From Hemiscyllium ocellatum (Eukaryota), in assembly GCF_020745735.1 (NCBI RefSeq), contig NC_083417.1, positions 42,904,001 through 42,968,000 of the forward strand: a stretch of DNA of 64,000 nucleotides. Direction: 5' to 3'. The notes under the pieces were generated by a model, which saw only the letters and a program-made list of their open reading frames with translations, was not told the DNA's origin and did not search any database. This document shows positions 52,000 to 64,000 of the stretch, piece after piece; within the stretch, counting starts at the first letter, position 1, and every line of letters begins with the position of its first letter. A program made the translations under genes and the position numbers.

Positions 52000-53853
52000 G
52001 CTGAAAATGTGTTGCTGGAAAAGCGCAGCAGGTCAGGCAGCATCCAAGGAACAGGAGATTCGACGTTTCGGGCATAAGCCCTTCTTCAGGAATGAGGAAA
52101 GTGTGTCCAGCAGGCTAAGATAAAAGGTAGGGAGGAGGGACTTGGGGGAGGGGCGATGGAGATGCGATAGGTGGAAGGAGGTCAAGGTGAGGGTGATAGG
52201 CCGGAGTGGAGTGGGGGCGGAGAGGTCAGGAAGAAGATTGCAGGTTAGGAAGGCGGTGCTGAGTTCGAGGGATTTGACTGAGACAAGGTGGGGGGAGGGG
52301 AAATGAGGAAATTGGAGAAATCTGAGTTCATTCCTTGTGGTTGGAGGGTTCCTAGGTGGAAAATGAGGCGCTCTTTCTCCAACCGTCGTGTTGTTATGGT
52401 CTGGCAATGGAGGAGTCCAAGTACCTGCATGTCCTTGGTGGATTGGGAGGGGGAGTTAAAGTGTTGTGCCATGGGGTGGTTGGGTTGGTTGATCCAGGTG
52501 TCCCAGAGGTGTTCTCTGAAACGTTCCGCAAGTAGGCGGCCTGTTTCCCCAATATAGAGGAGGCTACATCGGGTGCAGAGGATGCAATAGATGATGTGTG
52601 TGGAGGTGCAGGTGAATTTGTGGCGGATATGGAAGGATCCTTTGGGGCCTTGGAGAGAAGTAAGGGAGGAGGTGTGGGCGCAGGTTTTGCATTTCTTGCG
52701 GTTGCAGGGGAAGGTGCCGGGAGTGGAGGTTGGGTTGGTGGGGGCTGTGGACCTGATGAGGGAGTCACGGAGGGAGTAGTCTTTTTGGAACGCTGATAGG
52801 GGAAGGGAAGGAAATATATCCCTGGTGGTGGGGTCCGTTTGGAGGTGGCGGAAATGATGGTGGATGATACGCTGTATATGGAGGTTGGTAGGGTGGTAGA
52901 TGAGAACCAGTGGGGTTCTGTCCTGGTGGCGGTTGGAGGGGCGGGGCTCAAGGGCGGAGGAGCAGGAAGTGGAGGAGATGCGATGGAGGGCATCATTGAT
53001 CACGTCTGGGGGGAAACTGCGGTCCTTGAAGAAGGAGGCCATCTGGGCTGTACGGTATTGGAACTTGTCCTCCTGGGAGCAGATGCGGCAGAGACGAAGG
53101 AATTGGGAATATGGGATGGCGTTTTTACAGGGGGCAGGGTGGGAGGAGATGTAGTCTAGGTAGCTGTGGGAGTCAGTCGGTTTATAGTATATATCCGTGC
53201 TGATTCGGTGGCCCGAGATAGAAATGGAAAGATCTAGGAAGGGGAGGGAGGAGTCTGAGACGGTTCAGGTGAATTTGAGGTCGGGGTGGAAGGTGTTGGT
53301 AAAGTGGATGAACTGTTCAACCTCCTCGTGGGAGCACGAGGCAGCGCCGATACAGTCATCGATGTAGCGGAGGAAAAGGTGGGGGGTGGTGCCAGTGTAG
53401 TTGCGGAAGATGGACTGTTCCACATATCCTATGAAGAGGCAGGCATAGCTGGGGCCCATGCGGGTGCCCATGGCAACTCCTTTGGTTTGGAGGAAGTGGG
53501 AGGATTGGAAAGAGAAATTGTTCAGGGTGAGGACCAGTTCAGTCAGTCGAAGGAGGGTGTCAGTGGAAGGGTACTGGTTGGTACGGCGGGAAAGGAAGAA
53601 GCAGAGAGCTTTGAGTCCTTCGTGATGGGGGATGGAGGTGTACAGGGACTGGGAATGCGAAAATCATGGAGGAGGTGGAGGGCGTGGGTGGTGTCCCGAA
53701 CGTCCTTCTTGGACTAAGGGGGACAGGACCGTGTCGAGGTATGCAGAGATGAGTTCGGTGGGGCAGGAGCAGGCTGAGACAATGGGTAGGCCGGGGCAGT
53801 CAGGTTTGTGGATTTTGGGCAGGAGGTAGAAACGAGCGGTGCGGGGTTGTGGG
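52000..53853 (-). mobile_element. Penelope-like retroelement, 5'-truncated, young
   Basis: ORFs 53265..53471 (MGTRMGPSYA, RYIDDCIG) and 52245..53042 (IIYCILCTRCSLLYIGETGR); intact terminal hammerhead motif. Confidence 0.93.
52058..52093 (-). ncRNA. Minimal type-I hammerhead ribozyme motif (Penelope terminal repeat)
   Basis: AUUC-CUGAAGA-A-GGGC UUAU GCCC-GAAA-C-GUC-GAAU: complete core, 4-bp helix I and II, loopless palindromic helix III. Confidence 0.8.
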
Positions 53854-53899
53854 ACATCTGCTTCCTACTTCTGGCTGAAGAGGATCGTTAATGCTTCAG

Positions 53900-54104
53900 G
53901 GTGAAAATGGGTACTGCAGATGCTGGAGATTAGAGTCAAGATTAGAGTAGTGCTGGAAAAGCACAGTGGTTCAGGCAGCATCTGAGGAGCAGGAAAAGAG
54001 GCTTCATCAGGAAAGGGATTTTGCCCGCAACGTCAGTTTTCCTGCTCCTCGGATGCTGCCTGACCCACTGTGCTTTTCCAGCTCGACTCTAAACTTGACT
54101 CATA
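53900..54104. mobile_element. Inverted pair of Penelope termini (hairpin mini-element)
   Basis: Duplication AATGCTTCAG (53890-53899, 54105-54114); the arms join at hammerhead remnants. Confidence 0.85.
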
Positions 54105-55877
54105 AATGCTTCAGCCTTGTCTATTGCACTGATGCATTAGGCTGTCCCATCATTGAGCATTAGAATATTTATGAAGCCTCTTTCTCCATCTCTGGTCAGT
54201 TGTTTAATTGTCCACCACTATACTGGATAAGGTCAGACAGCAGGCATTTAATCAGATCCAAAGGCTGTGGAATTGCATACTGCTGCCGTTGTTTGGCATG
54301 CAAGTGGTCTTGTGTTGTAGCTTCACCTAACTCACAGAAGCTTAACCGCTTTGTTCTGCTTGCAGAAATACGAAGTAGACAAGCAGAAGGTTGGAAGAAC
54401 ACAGCAAGCCAGGCAGCATCAGGAGGTGTAGAAGTCGACGGTTTGGGTGTAACCTTTCAAAGCAAACACATATTTTAAGAGTGATGTTTCTGCCTTAACA
54501 GCAAATCTTCCAACTATATATACCTTGGTAAAATATATGCCAAATAATTACTTCAACAATAATATTTTGAGCACCTTTCTGTTTGGTAACCATTTATTCT
54601 TTATCCTTGTGAGCTGAATATGTGGGAAGGCTCTCTGGGCTGAGATTGAGAGCCTGAATAATATTTCTACTGTGATTATTTCCAAGATTTCTGAACTATC
54701 ACTGTAGAAATCCACTGGTAAGTCCTGAAACCCCTTCTCAAAATTGAAATTTCTCAGAACTAAGGGGGATACACTTTGTTACACCTTATTTATGGTATTA
54801 GTGGCATATAATGACAAAAGTATAATTTGCTCCAATGTACTCAAAATGATTCTGTATTAATTATTGATGCCAGGACATTCTCACTCAGTGTTTTTGCCTT
54901 TGTTTACCTATAGGTTAGGTCTCTCGTTACAGAAGAATTCCTGTCAATTTCTTTATTCACATTTACACTGTCATTCAATAATTTAAAAAGACTAGAGGTG
55001 TCTCATAGCAAAATAAACTTAGTTTATTTAGACAAAATAATGTTCAGCAGCAGTTACTTTATCATTTTGAGGCAATGCTGGTGAATTAAAGAAGGATCTC
55101 AATGATGATATAGGACCATGGGAACAGAGGTAGGCCATTCAGTCCCTCAGGCTTTCTCTGCCATTCAATAGGATCATGGCTGATCTGAAATTCTTCATAT
55201 CCACTTTCCTGCCCTTTTTGCATAACCCCCAATTCCTTGACTGATCAAGGAACTATCTATCTCAGTCTTAAATGTATGCAAGGACATTGACCCCACAGCT
55301 CTCTGTAGGAAAGAGTTCCAAAGACCCACAGCTCCCTGAGAAGAAATTCCTCTTCATGTCAGTCTTAAATTGGTACCCTTTATTTGGAGACTATGCCATT
55401 GGGTCCTGGACTTTCTCATTAGGGGTAGCATCAGGTAGTGATGATTCAATACATTGTCTTTGTAGGTGGTAGACATGGTGGGTTCAGAAGGTGCTGTCAG
55501 AAGAATTCAGGTGATTGCTGCAGTGCACTTTGTGGATGGTACACACTGCTACCACCCTGAGTAGGTGGTGAAGAGAGTGAAGGTTGGATGGGATGCCAAC
55601 CAAGCAGGCTGCTTTGGTGTCGAGCTTCTTGAGTGTTGTTGCACTGTCCAGAATAAAACTGGACTTCTGGCCGGTTGAAGTTCATGTAGAAATTATATGG
55701 CTAACAAAGGGCAGAGAACTCGACAGCAGGAATTTTGAAACGGTGTTGTGAGTGAATTGAGAAACCGTTTTTCTCTCAGGGGTATACACAGAAGTAATTA
55801 AGCCTGGAAGGAGAAAGAACAAGTGCGGGTGGAGCACGATACAAAGTAGTGCAGAGATTGGTTTATCTGTGATTGAT

Positions 55878-55994
55878 GAAAGGCCCGAAACGTCAATTTT
55901 CCTGCTCCTCGTATGCTGCCTGACCTGTTGTGCTTTTCCAGCACCACTCTAATCTAGACTCTGGTTTCCAGCATCTGCAGTCCTTGTTTTTACC
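55878..55994 (+). mobile_element. Ultra-short Penelope 3'-end insertion
   Basis: 15-bp duplication TTATCTGTGATTGAT (55863-55877, 55995-56009). Confidence 0.88.
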
Positions 55995-56340
55995 TTATCT
56001 GTGATTGATACAGAGGGGCAATATCACCAAATGGATTGCCATGAATGTAGTTTAGATTGTTTATGTGGAGGGAGATATGAAGGGAAGACAGGAGAGAAGC
56101 AAATCCAAGAGATGGGTCTGATGGATTATTGGATGTTTATTAATTTGTGAATTTTTGCCTTGGTCATAAAATAGGTATTGCCTGTTCAAGATTTTGAAAA
56201 TGCATCAGTGGACCAGTTTCTCGTGCACCACTGTCACCCTGACCATATACAATCTTCAAAATTTGTAAGACCCAACTTTAATTTGTAATTATCCAAACTA
56301 ACTTTGCTGCTTTATTCCTGGAATATCACTTTTTACCTTT

Positions 56341-56545
56341 GGGTGCTCCGGTTTCCTCCCACAATCCAAAGATGTGCAGGTCAGGTGAACTGGTCATGCT
56401 AAATTGCCCATAGTGTTCAAGCATGTGCAGATTAGGTGCATTAGTCAGGGGTAAATGTCGAGTAATAGGGGAATGGATCTGGATGGATTACTTTTCAGAG
56501 GATTGGTGCGAACTTGTTGTGCCAAAATACCTGTTTCCACACTAT
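56341..56545 (+). mobile_element. 5'-truncated, older HE1-like SINE
   Basis: gggtgctccggtttcctcccac...cctgtttccacact. Confidence 0.8.
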
Positions 56546-57284
56546 AGGGATTCTATAGTTCTATTCAATTGTGAAACCGTCCAAGAGTACTAAAAATCTG
56601 TTGACTACAGGGACTAGCACAAGTTGAATTGCTACTTCAGCAAGTTAGCACAGCCTAGACATCAGGGACCGATTGCCTCCTGTGCTGGATTCGCTTTGTC
56701 TTCCCAGAGAGTAGTGGAAAAAATGAAGTACAACAGTTCAAAAAGGCAAGTCACCATCACCGTCTCAAGGGTAATTAGGGATGGGTATAAATTGCTGATC
56801 CAGCCAGTGAAACTCACATTCCATAAACAAATAATAATGATGATAAACAGGGTTGATGAGTAGTTCTAAGGAATAGAGTTATTAGATTCTTGGCTATACA
56901 TGAGTAAAAGGATGTGGGGGTAATGGGATAGGCAGGAATGTGGGGTTGATGCCACAATTAGATCAGCCATGATCTTATTAAAAGGCACAAGAGGGCAACT
57001 GGTCTACTCCTGCTCTCAAAACATCCCTTCTACATTCACACTGAAATGTGATATAATATGCAATTTAAAGATGTGTCAGCTGTCACCACTCCTAACTATA
57101 CAGGGTTTTAATTGGAGCAGTTGACCATATTTTGGGAACATCCTCACTGTAACATTATATCTGAATCAGTTTAACCATTAGATGAAACATATTTTCCCTT
57201 TTGCTGCACAGCAATGTCAGTGTTGGTCTTTTTGCCCCCAATTAGAGAAAGTACACACTCGGTGATGTCTCTCCATTGTACAGC

Positions 57285-58190
57285 ATGAGGGTTAACACTA
57301 ATGCCAGCAGCAGTAATGTTAGGGTTAACACTGGGACCAATGGCAATGTTAGAGTTAACACTAGCACCAACAGAAATGCTGTGGTTAATGTGAGCACAAA
57401 CTGCATCATTAGGATTAACACAAGCTCCTTTGAAACTATTAGGGTTAACTCCAGCACCAACAGCAATGTTAGGATTAACTTTAAGATCCACAGTGGCATT
57501 ACGGTTAACTCTAAGTCCCACAACAGTATTATGCTTAACTCTAGCATCAACAATAAGGTGTTAGGTTTAACTCTGAGACCCACAGCAATGTTAGCATTCA
57601 CTCTAATGGCCGCATGTGTTAGGGTTAACTCCAGCATCAATGGCAGTGTTAGGATTAACTGTTAAGACCCACAGCAGAGTTACAGTTAACTCTAGCACCA
57701 ATGCAGTTAGGGTTAACGGCATGGCCCACATTCCTGCCCAAAACATCGATTTTCCTGCTCCTCGGATACTGCCTGACCTGTTGTGCATTTCCAGCACCAC
57801 TCTAACCTTGACGTAAGGCCCACAGCAGAGTTACAGTTAACTCTCACACCAATGGCACTGTGAGGGTTGATTCTCAGAACCACAGCAGCGTTAGGATTAA
57901 GTTGAGCACAAATGGCAGGGTTAGGGTTAAACTCTAGCACAAATGGCAGGGTTAAGGTTAACTCTAGCAACAACAACAACACTGTTAGGGTTGACTCTCA
58001 GAGCCACAGCAGCGTTAGGGTTAACTCTAGCACCAATGGCAGTCTTAGGGTTAACTCTCAGAACCACAGCACTGTTTGGGTTAAGTTTTGCATCGTTGGC
58101 AGTGTTAGGGTTAACTCAGAGCCAGAGTAGCGTTCGGGTTAATTCTCGCACCAATGGCAGTGTTAAGGTTAACTCTCAGAACCACAGCAG
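57285..58190. repeat. 30-bp minisatellite with TTAGGGTTAAC core; two alternating monomer types
   Basis: Units like GTTAGGGTTAACTCTAGCACCAATGGCAGT alternate with GTTAGGGTTAACTCTCAGAACCACAGCAGC; they produce the repetitive VRVNS/LTLT ORFs. Confidence 0.92.
57720..57812 (+). mobile_element. Short Penelope 3'-end inserted into the minisatellite
   Basis: gcccaaaacatcgattttcctgctcctcggatactgcctgacc... Confidence 0.82.
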
Positions 58191-58320
58191 CTCCTGTCTG
58201 CACGCACACACCCACTGTCTCCTCCCCGGTCGTGACGTTCAGTCTGCTGCCGGTATAGAGATGGTGTGCTGTGCCCCATGCTGTGGTGCATGATCCCGGT
58301 TCAGTGTAGACAGCCGCGAC

Positions 58321-58446
58321 ATGGGCAAGAAGAGAACCAATAAGTTCCCACGGCCGCAGTTTTCCCCAATCGGGCCAATGAATAGCATCAAGGAGGAGGA
58401 GGAGGCTGGAGAAGTTTATTCGGCGGCGGGGGATTTGCTTGAGAAA
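58321..58446 (+). CDS. HEATR3: HEATR3 exon 1 (MGKKRTNKFPRPQFSP...DLLEK)
   Basis: Matches HEATR3 MGKSRTKRFKRPQFSP...ELLEK (recalled); donor gtaaat; CNEP1R1-HEATR3 adjacency as in human. Confidence 0.93.
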
Positions 58447-58877
58447 GTAAATGACGGATCTGTTTCTCCCGGCTGCTCCCATGTGGGGCTTGATGTGGAT
58501 ATAAACTTGTTCACGATTGTTTTAGGTGTCTTCTGAGGCTCTTAAATTAAAAATATAACATGTACATTGAGTTATCTCTTTCCCCCCATGCTCGCTAGGG
58601 TTAACAGACATGGCCAGGCAGAGAGAGAGAAAACAAAACCTTTTAAAAGACGTCTCATCTTGTTTTAGAGGCTGAAGGGAATACCTCGGACAGAGTTCCG
58701 GGAAGCCTTTAGGAGGACCCATACACGTTCAGAGAGAACCTGCTGGCATGTGGTCTGTGTGACAACTCTGTAACAATTTGGTATGTTGGCAGGCTGCCAT
58801 AGAACGTTACAGGAAAACTTAGTAAAACACTTGAGTCTAGATGAGTTACCCTTATGTAGAGTAGAACGTGGAAAGGG

Positions 58878-59200
58878 GAGCTGATGGCTTCATTGTATTG
58901 TTACTAGACTACTCATCCAGACACCCAGATGATGTTCTGGGGACCCTGGTTTAAATTAAGTAAAAACAAAATCTGGGACTATGCATCTAATGATGACCAT
59001 GAAACCGTTGCCAAAAGTCAGAAAGAAACATCTGGTTCATTAATGGCCTTTAGGGAAGGAAACTGCCATCCTGGCCCAGTTTGGCCTATATGTGTCTTCC
59101 CCCACTGCAATGTGGTTGACTCTCAGCTGCCCTCTGGACAAATTAGGGATGGGCAATAAATACTAGGCTACCCAGGGATAACCATGTCCCATGAATGAAT
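58878..59200 (+). mobile_element. tRNA-derived SINE with (ATGA)n tail
   Basis: ctggttcattaatggcctttagggaagga...aattagggatgggcaataaa...catgaatgaat; related remnant at about 56640-56830. Confidence 0.6.
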
Positions 59201-62200
59201 TTTTAAAAAAAATCCAATCAGGACAGTATTAGGGTTCTTGAGCCTTGAATTAGGATGGATGATCCAGTGGTTATGGATTGTTATGATGGTGGGATGAGCT
59301 AATCTGCACTGGACCAAATAGGACATTAAAATGGTGCATCATAATTTAGAACAGACCAAACTGGCAAGACACAGTGAGGGAATTGGTGACCCCTGAGCAA
59401 CTTGTTTTGAGAAAATAACAGGAATGATTTATTTTACCAATGCCAAATTTGGCAAGACTTTTTCTGTAAGTTGCTGTTGGACAAACAATTGGTGGAATGC
59501 AATTTGGAGCAGTACTGAGAGTTCAAACTGGAGGCCATTCATCTTGAAGCTGACCCCTGCTTGTAGATGATGTCACTAATAAACAGGCCAAGCATTGAGC
59601 TGCAGAAAGATGGTTAATGAGTGTGTCTTGGGCATACGCAGTTGACTATGTTGGGACAGGAAGAGATGCCATTGCCAGAAATGTACCCACTGTGTTGGCA
59701 ATGAGGAATGAAGCTGCAAAGCCAAGTCAAGTTGGGGAAATAAGGATGGTGGTGGTCAGGTTGTAAACGACTGGTGAGATTGGATTGTGAGTGTTGATGC
59801 TAATAGGAAAAGGAAAGCTACAGCAGCCAAATACATATCCTTAACAGTTCAAGTTTAAAAGAAAATCTACATGCTTCTTATACTTGCCATTAAAATTAAA
59901 ATGCATTTTTGCAGAAGAAAGGAGACAAGGTGATTTAGTTTTTGCCTGAAATTGGATTCTTTTATATCATTACCTTGCAATGTGTATTCTTGAAATGTTA
60001 GGATAATTTGGCAGTTGAGCAGAAGGTACAGTATCACTTAAGTTGATCTAGCCAACTTTGGCATTGATCGCTTGGCTAGTCTTTAAAATTTAGAAACATA
60101 AAAATTGAAATTTCCAAGGCAGAAAAGTGAGGGAGATGAAAAGGACACTGAAAGTAAAGGAGCACTTGAGGAGGTTGACAAGAGCAGCTATTGTTCATCG
60201 TAGGCCTGAAAATAGGATGCTAAAGTCTAGATAATGGATAGTTTTCCATGGTAAAAGTTTACAAGTGGTTAGGGTGTGCAGACATTGAAGTAAAGAACAG
60301 CAGAGAAAAAAATATTTTACTTAGATGGTATCTTTCCGAACCTCTGGATGTCCCAAAGCACTTTACGGTCTGTTCAGTAGTTTTGAAGGTCAGTTGTTGT
60401 TAGAAAGTGTGACAGCCAGTAAACCTGCAGTATCTTCCCACAAACTGCCATGTGATGATGACCAGGTAATCTGCTTTTTTGGGTGATATTGATTGAAGGA
60501 TAAATATAGATCAGGACAGCAAGGTGATGTGAGGTAAGCATGTGATTATCCATGATTGAAATATTCTGCCTATTTTAACAACAATCAATTTCACCAGTTT
60601 CAGTCATGGACAACCACATCAGACACATCCATTTTGTGGGAAGTTTCTCATGACAGACATTAATGGGATAGCCTGACATTGATGTTTCCTCTGACAACAG
60701 ATAGATAAACCGATGGATTGTGACAATCAGGCCTTTGAGTTAAAATTTACTCAGATTTTATGAATACAGTGCAGGAGGGTAGTTAAGAGAGTCAGGCTCA
60801 AGAGATTTTCAATGTGGAAAATATTTCAATATGTACCTCAGGAGTATTTTAGCCCCCATTTGCTCTGAATCTACAGTGGAGGCTCATAATCGGCAGATGT
60901 TCAGGTTTTGTAAAAACTCAAAACTCGCTTTCAAATTTTTTTGTCATCTAAAGCTTTTGCTGTAATTCTTTCACAACACATTTTTAGGTACCTACTAGCA
61001 AAGTAGAATTCATTTTTGTTACACTTTATCCAAATATATCGGAATTGATGGGAATTATACTAACTTGGTCTTTAACTTGGCTTTTCACTTATTTCCTGTA
61101 TTGTAACATTGTTCAAATTTTGTTTCTGGCCTTGAGCTAAATATGCACAGTTTACATCCTGTAAGATAGAAGTACTTTGTGAGAGCAAGTAAAAAGACAC
61201 AATATTCAGTTGTACGGGAACATGTTGCTTCTCCTAATTTCTATTATTGTGTAAAGAAATATGGAGTAATGTCTGGCAGTTCAGAAAAGTAAATGACAGT
61301 TACAGAAGCAACTGAACCTAATAGGGCTCACATTTGTAACAGACTCCTCCATTTCCCCAAGTTTAAATTGCATAGGTACAGATTGACATAGCTAAATCCA
61401 GGATACTGCTGGAAGTTATCATTGCTTTGCTTGTTCACCAGTGAATTTACTGTTCTCCTCAATGAAGCATTACTTTCAAGTGTTTATCTAGTCTGGTAAA
61501 ACTGAGTAAGAATCTCTTCAGTTTGGAGTAGCGAGCCAATTAGCAGATCATGATCACCCAAGCTGTGGAAGACTGCAGAGCCAGTTATCACTTGCTTTAA
61601 ATTATTGATATGAATCTAAGTTTACTTTGTCAGCTTATTGTCATCCTTTAGCCACTTTGACTTCAAAGAGCTGACCCGACATTGTCTGAAATCATATCTT
61701 GTGTTTATGTAGCACCTAAAATAGAATAAAACATTTGGAGTTGCTTCCCAAGATCTTTAGAAAAGAAGATGTAACACTGAGCCCCAGAAGGAGACATTAA
61801 GTTTGATGACCCAAAGCTTGGTGAGGTGGTAGTTTAAGAAGTGTCATAAAGAAAGATAGTGAGGTAGAGAATTGGTGCAGTGTAGGGTAGTATTCCAGAA
61901 CTTGGCATCAACGTAATAAAAGCAGTTCCCAATGGGAAACTGTGGGAAACCATAAGAAGAAAACTGGTGTACAGTATTGAATTGAAAAAGCCCAGATGAT
62001 AAGCCACTTATTAGAGTTGTCTAAATTGGTCTAATCTTTGTCTGTGATCAGGTGTCTTAATTCTAATAACTTCACCAATCACTTTTAGGTGAGAATTTCT
62101 CATTTATGAAAAGTAACTGCAGACGTATGTCTAACTTTCAATATTTGATGCACCTTATGACACAGTCACTGGAGAAATTAAATTTACACTAACCAACACA

Positions 62201-62492
62201 ACCTGAAAGATATTGTACTCTGTACATTACTCAACATTTAGTTTTAATTATATGAACTTTGGATAGTCATATGATTGTGTTGATTCACAAACTGCTTCTA
62301 AAGATAGAGGAATGCAGAACATTCAGCATCAATGGAAAGGAGGATTACCACCAAAGCCTACACATTCTGAGTATATTATATTGAAATTAACCAGTCCAAA
62401 ATATCATTCAGTTTCCAGGGTTTGTACAACAGATAAAAATAACAGCATGTGATCATCACCTATGATTTAATTACAGTTTTATTCTCTGGTAG

Positions 62493-62665
62493 TTACAGAG
62501 TGCGAATCCTGACATTCGTGAATTTGCCTGTGCAAGTATTTCCAAACTCGTCCAGGAGAAAAAGGTGATCCCTTCATTTCTGCAGAAAGATGTTGTTCGG
62601 TGTTTGGGGCCTCTGCTACTTGACCCAAGTGTTGGTGTGAGAGAGACAGCTGCTGGTGCACTCAG
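62493..62665 (+). CDS. HEATR3: HEATR3 exon 2 (LQSANPDIREFACAS...LGPLLLDPSVGVRETAAGALR)
   Basis: HEAT repeat, clear protein match; 173 nt, phase 0 to 2. Confidence 0.95.
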
Positions 62666-62929
62666 GTTATTCTTTTAAATATTATTACATGTACTAAAAC
62701 TAATTTAATGATAGTATTGTTAATTTTTTAAAAATATGGTGTGCACTTGAACATCAGTTTCATTCAAATAGTGACTGGAATTTAAAGATTTCAAATGTAT
62801 GAGTTGTGTTTGTAGATCAGATAGTGAGACTTTCTGAGGGAAGAATGTTTTATTTTTGAATAATAACATAAACTTGGGTGTATGAGACATAATTTAAAAG
62901 CTTGCAGTTAACACAATATGTGGAAATCT

Positions 62930-63770
62930 CGTGAACTGTTAGGAGAATAGCAACAGACACCAAGAGGATTTCAAAGAGCTGTTGGAATGAGCATACGCAA
63001 GATAGATGAAATTTAATGTAAAGAACTGCAAAATCGGGATTAATGAATTAATGAGCGGCAAAATGAAATAAAGAATGCAAAGTAAATGGGGTCTAAAAGC
63101 AGAAATATATTTGCTCAAATTATTGAAGGTGTTAGGGCAGGTTGAAAAAGTACTTAAAAAGGAATATGGGATGCTGGGATTTATAAGTCGAGGCATACAA
63201 TCCAAAAGCAAAGAAGTGAAGATGAACCTTTATGGTAGACTAGTTCCACCTTAACTGGAATGTTGTGACCAATTCTGAGCACCATAATTTAGGAACGATG
63301 TCATGGCATTAGGGAGGGTGCAGAAAAAAAATATGAAAATGGTTTCAGTGATGAGAAAGTTCAGTTATGTGGATAGTTTGAACAAACTCAGTCTATTTGT
63401 AGAGAAAAGGAGGTTGAAAGGAGAGTAGATAAAGGTGCTGAAAATAATAAGGGAACTTAATAGAGTAAATAGAAACTATTGCAATTGTTAAAGAGCTAAG
63501 AACCAGTGGACATAAGTTTAAAGTGATTCTTGGACTCAAAGCAGTGAAGAAAAGCAGGTGGTTAAAATTCAGTATACTACTTGAAGGGATTTATGAGGCA
63601 GATTCAAATGTGGCTTTCAGAAAAAAAATTGGTCTTCGTAGAGAAAAAATTGTGAAGGACCATAGGGAGAGGTTAGAGAATGGGACTAGCCAAACTATTC
63701 TTGTGAAACCCAGCATGGACTAGACAGGTGAATGGTCTTTCTTGTGTTGTAACCATTCTCTGTTATGTTT
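62930..63770 (+). mobile_element. Old CR1 3' fragment in HEATR3 intron 2
   Basis: ctggaatgttgtgaccaattctgagcacca (cf. LEYCVQFWSP) and CR1-like 3' UTR. Confidence 0.7.
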
Positions 63771-63826
63771 AGAAAAAGAGATTGTAAATATTCAAGTCTC
63801 TAATACGAATTGTTTGTTCATAACAG

Positions 63827-63914
63827 AAACCTTAGTGCTTGTGGAGGATATGATGTTTGTGATGAGATGGTGAAGCAAGATGTAATGACTCCTCTTACCG
63901 CATTGTTGCAGGAG
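63827..63914 (+). CDS. HEATR3: HEATR3 exon 3 ([29 protein letters not shown]); gene continues beyond the window
   Basis: Protein match; cag/gtaaac boundaries. Confidence 0.95.
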
Positions 63915-64000
63915 GTAAACTGTTTGTGTAAAATTCAGATCCGTATGTACTTGTTTCATTTTTTTCTACTAATTTCCTTCCTTGAACCTTTTTCCTCCAA

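Noticed and set aside
57171-58293. Repetitive VRVNS/LTLT/VNPN ORFs; superficially CRISPR-like spacing
   Set aside because: Products of a 30-bp tandem repeat; the spacers are homologous to each other, the context is eukaryotic and there are no cas genes.

Overview
Vertebrate genomic DNA, almost certainly an elasmobranch (shark), judged from HE1-type V-SINEs, dense CR1/HER1 LINE debris and Penelope-like elements. Three protein-coding genes were reconstructed by hand from splice signals and reading phase. (1) Minus strand: a 10-coding-exon NCOA5-like gene (about 379 aa, 29143 to 6768). It is a divergent paralog rather than canonical NCOA5. (2) CNEP1R1 on the plus strand, head-to-head with gene 1 across a CpG-island promoter (6 coding exons, 125 aa, 31069-46000), with a canonical U12-type intron 4. 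(3) The first three coding exons of HEATR3 (from 58321), preceded by a 30-bp minisatellite carrying TTAGGGTTA. Most of the supplied ORFs are repeat-derived or spurious. The most notable non-gene signals are minimal hammerhead-ribozyme motifs in Penelope termini, ultra-short Penelope insertions whose 5' ends cluster in the hammerhead core, two locally templated insertions at retroelement junctions, and a roughly 1.2-kb intronic inverted repeat. Repeat family names come from my recognition of the sequence, not from database searches, and repeat boundaries are approximate.
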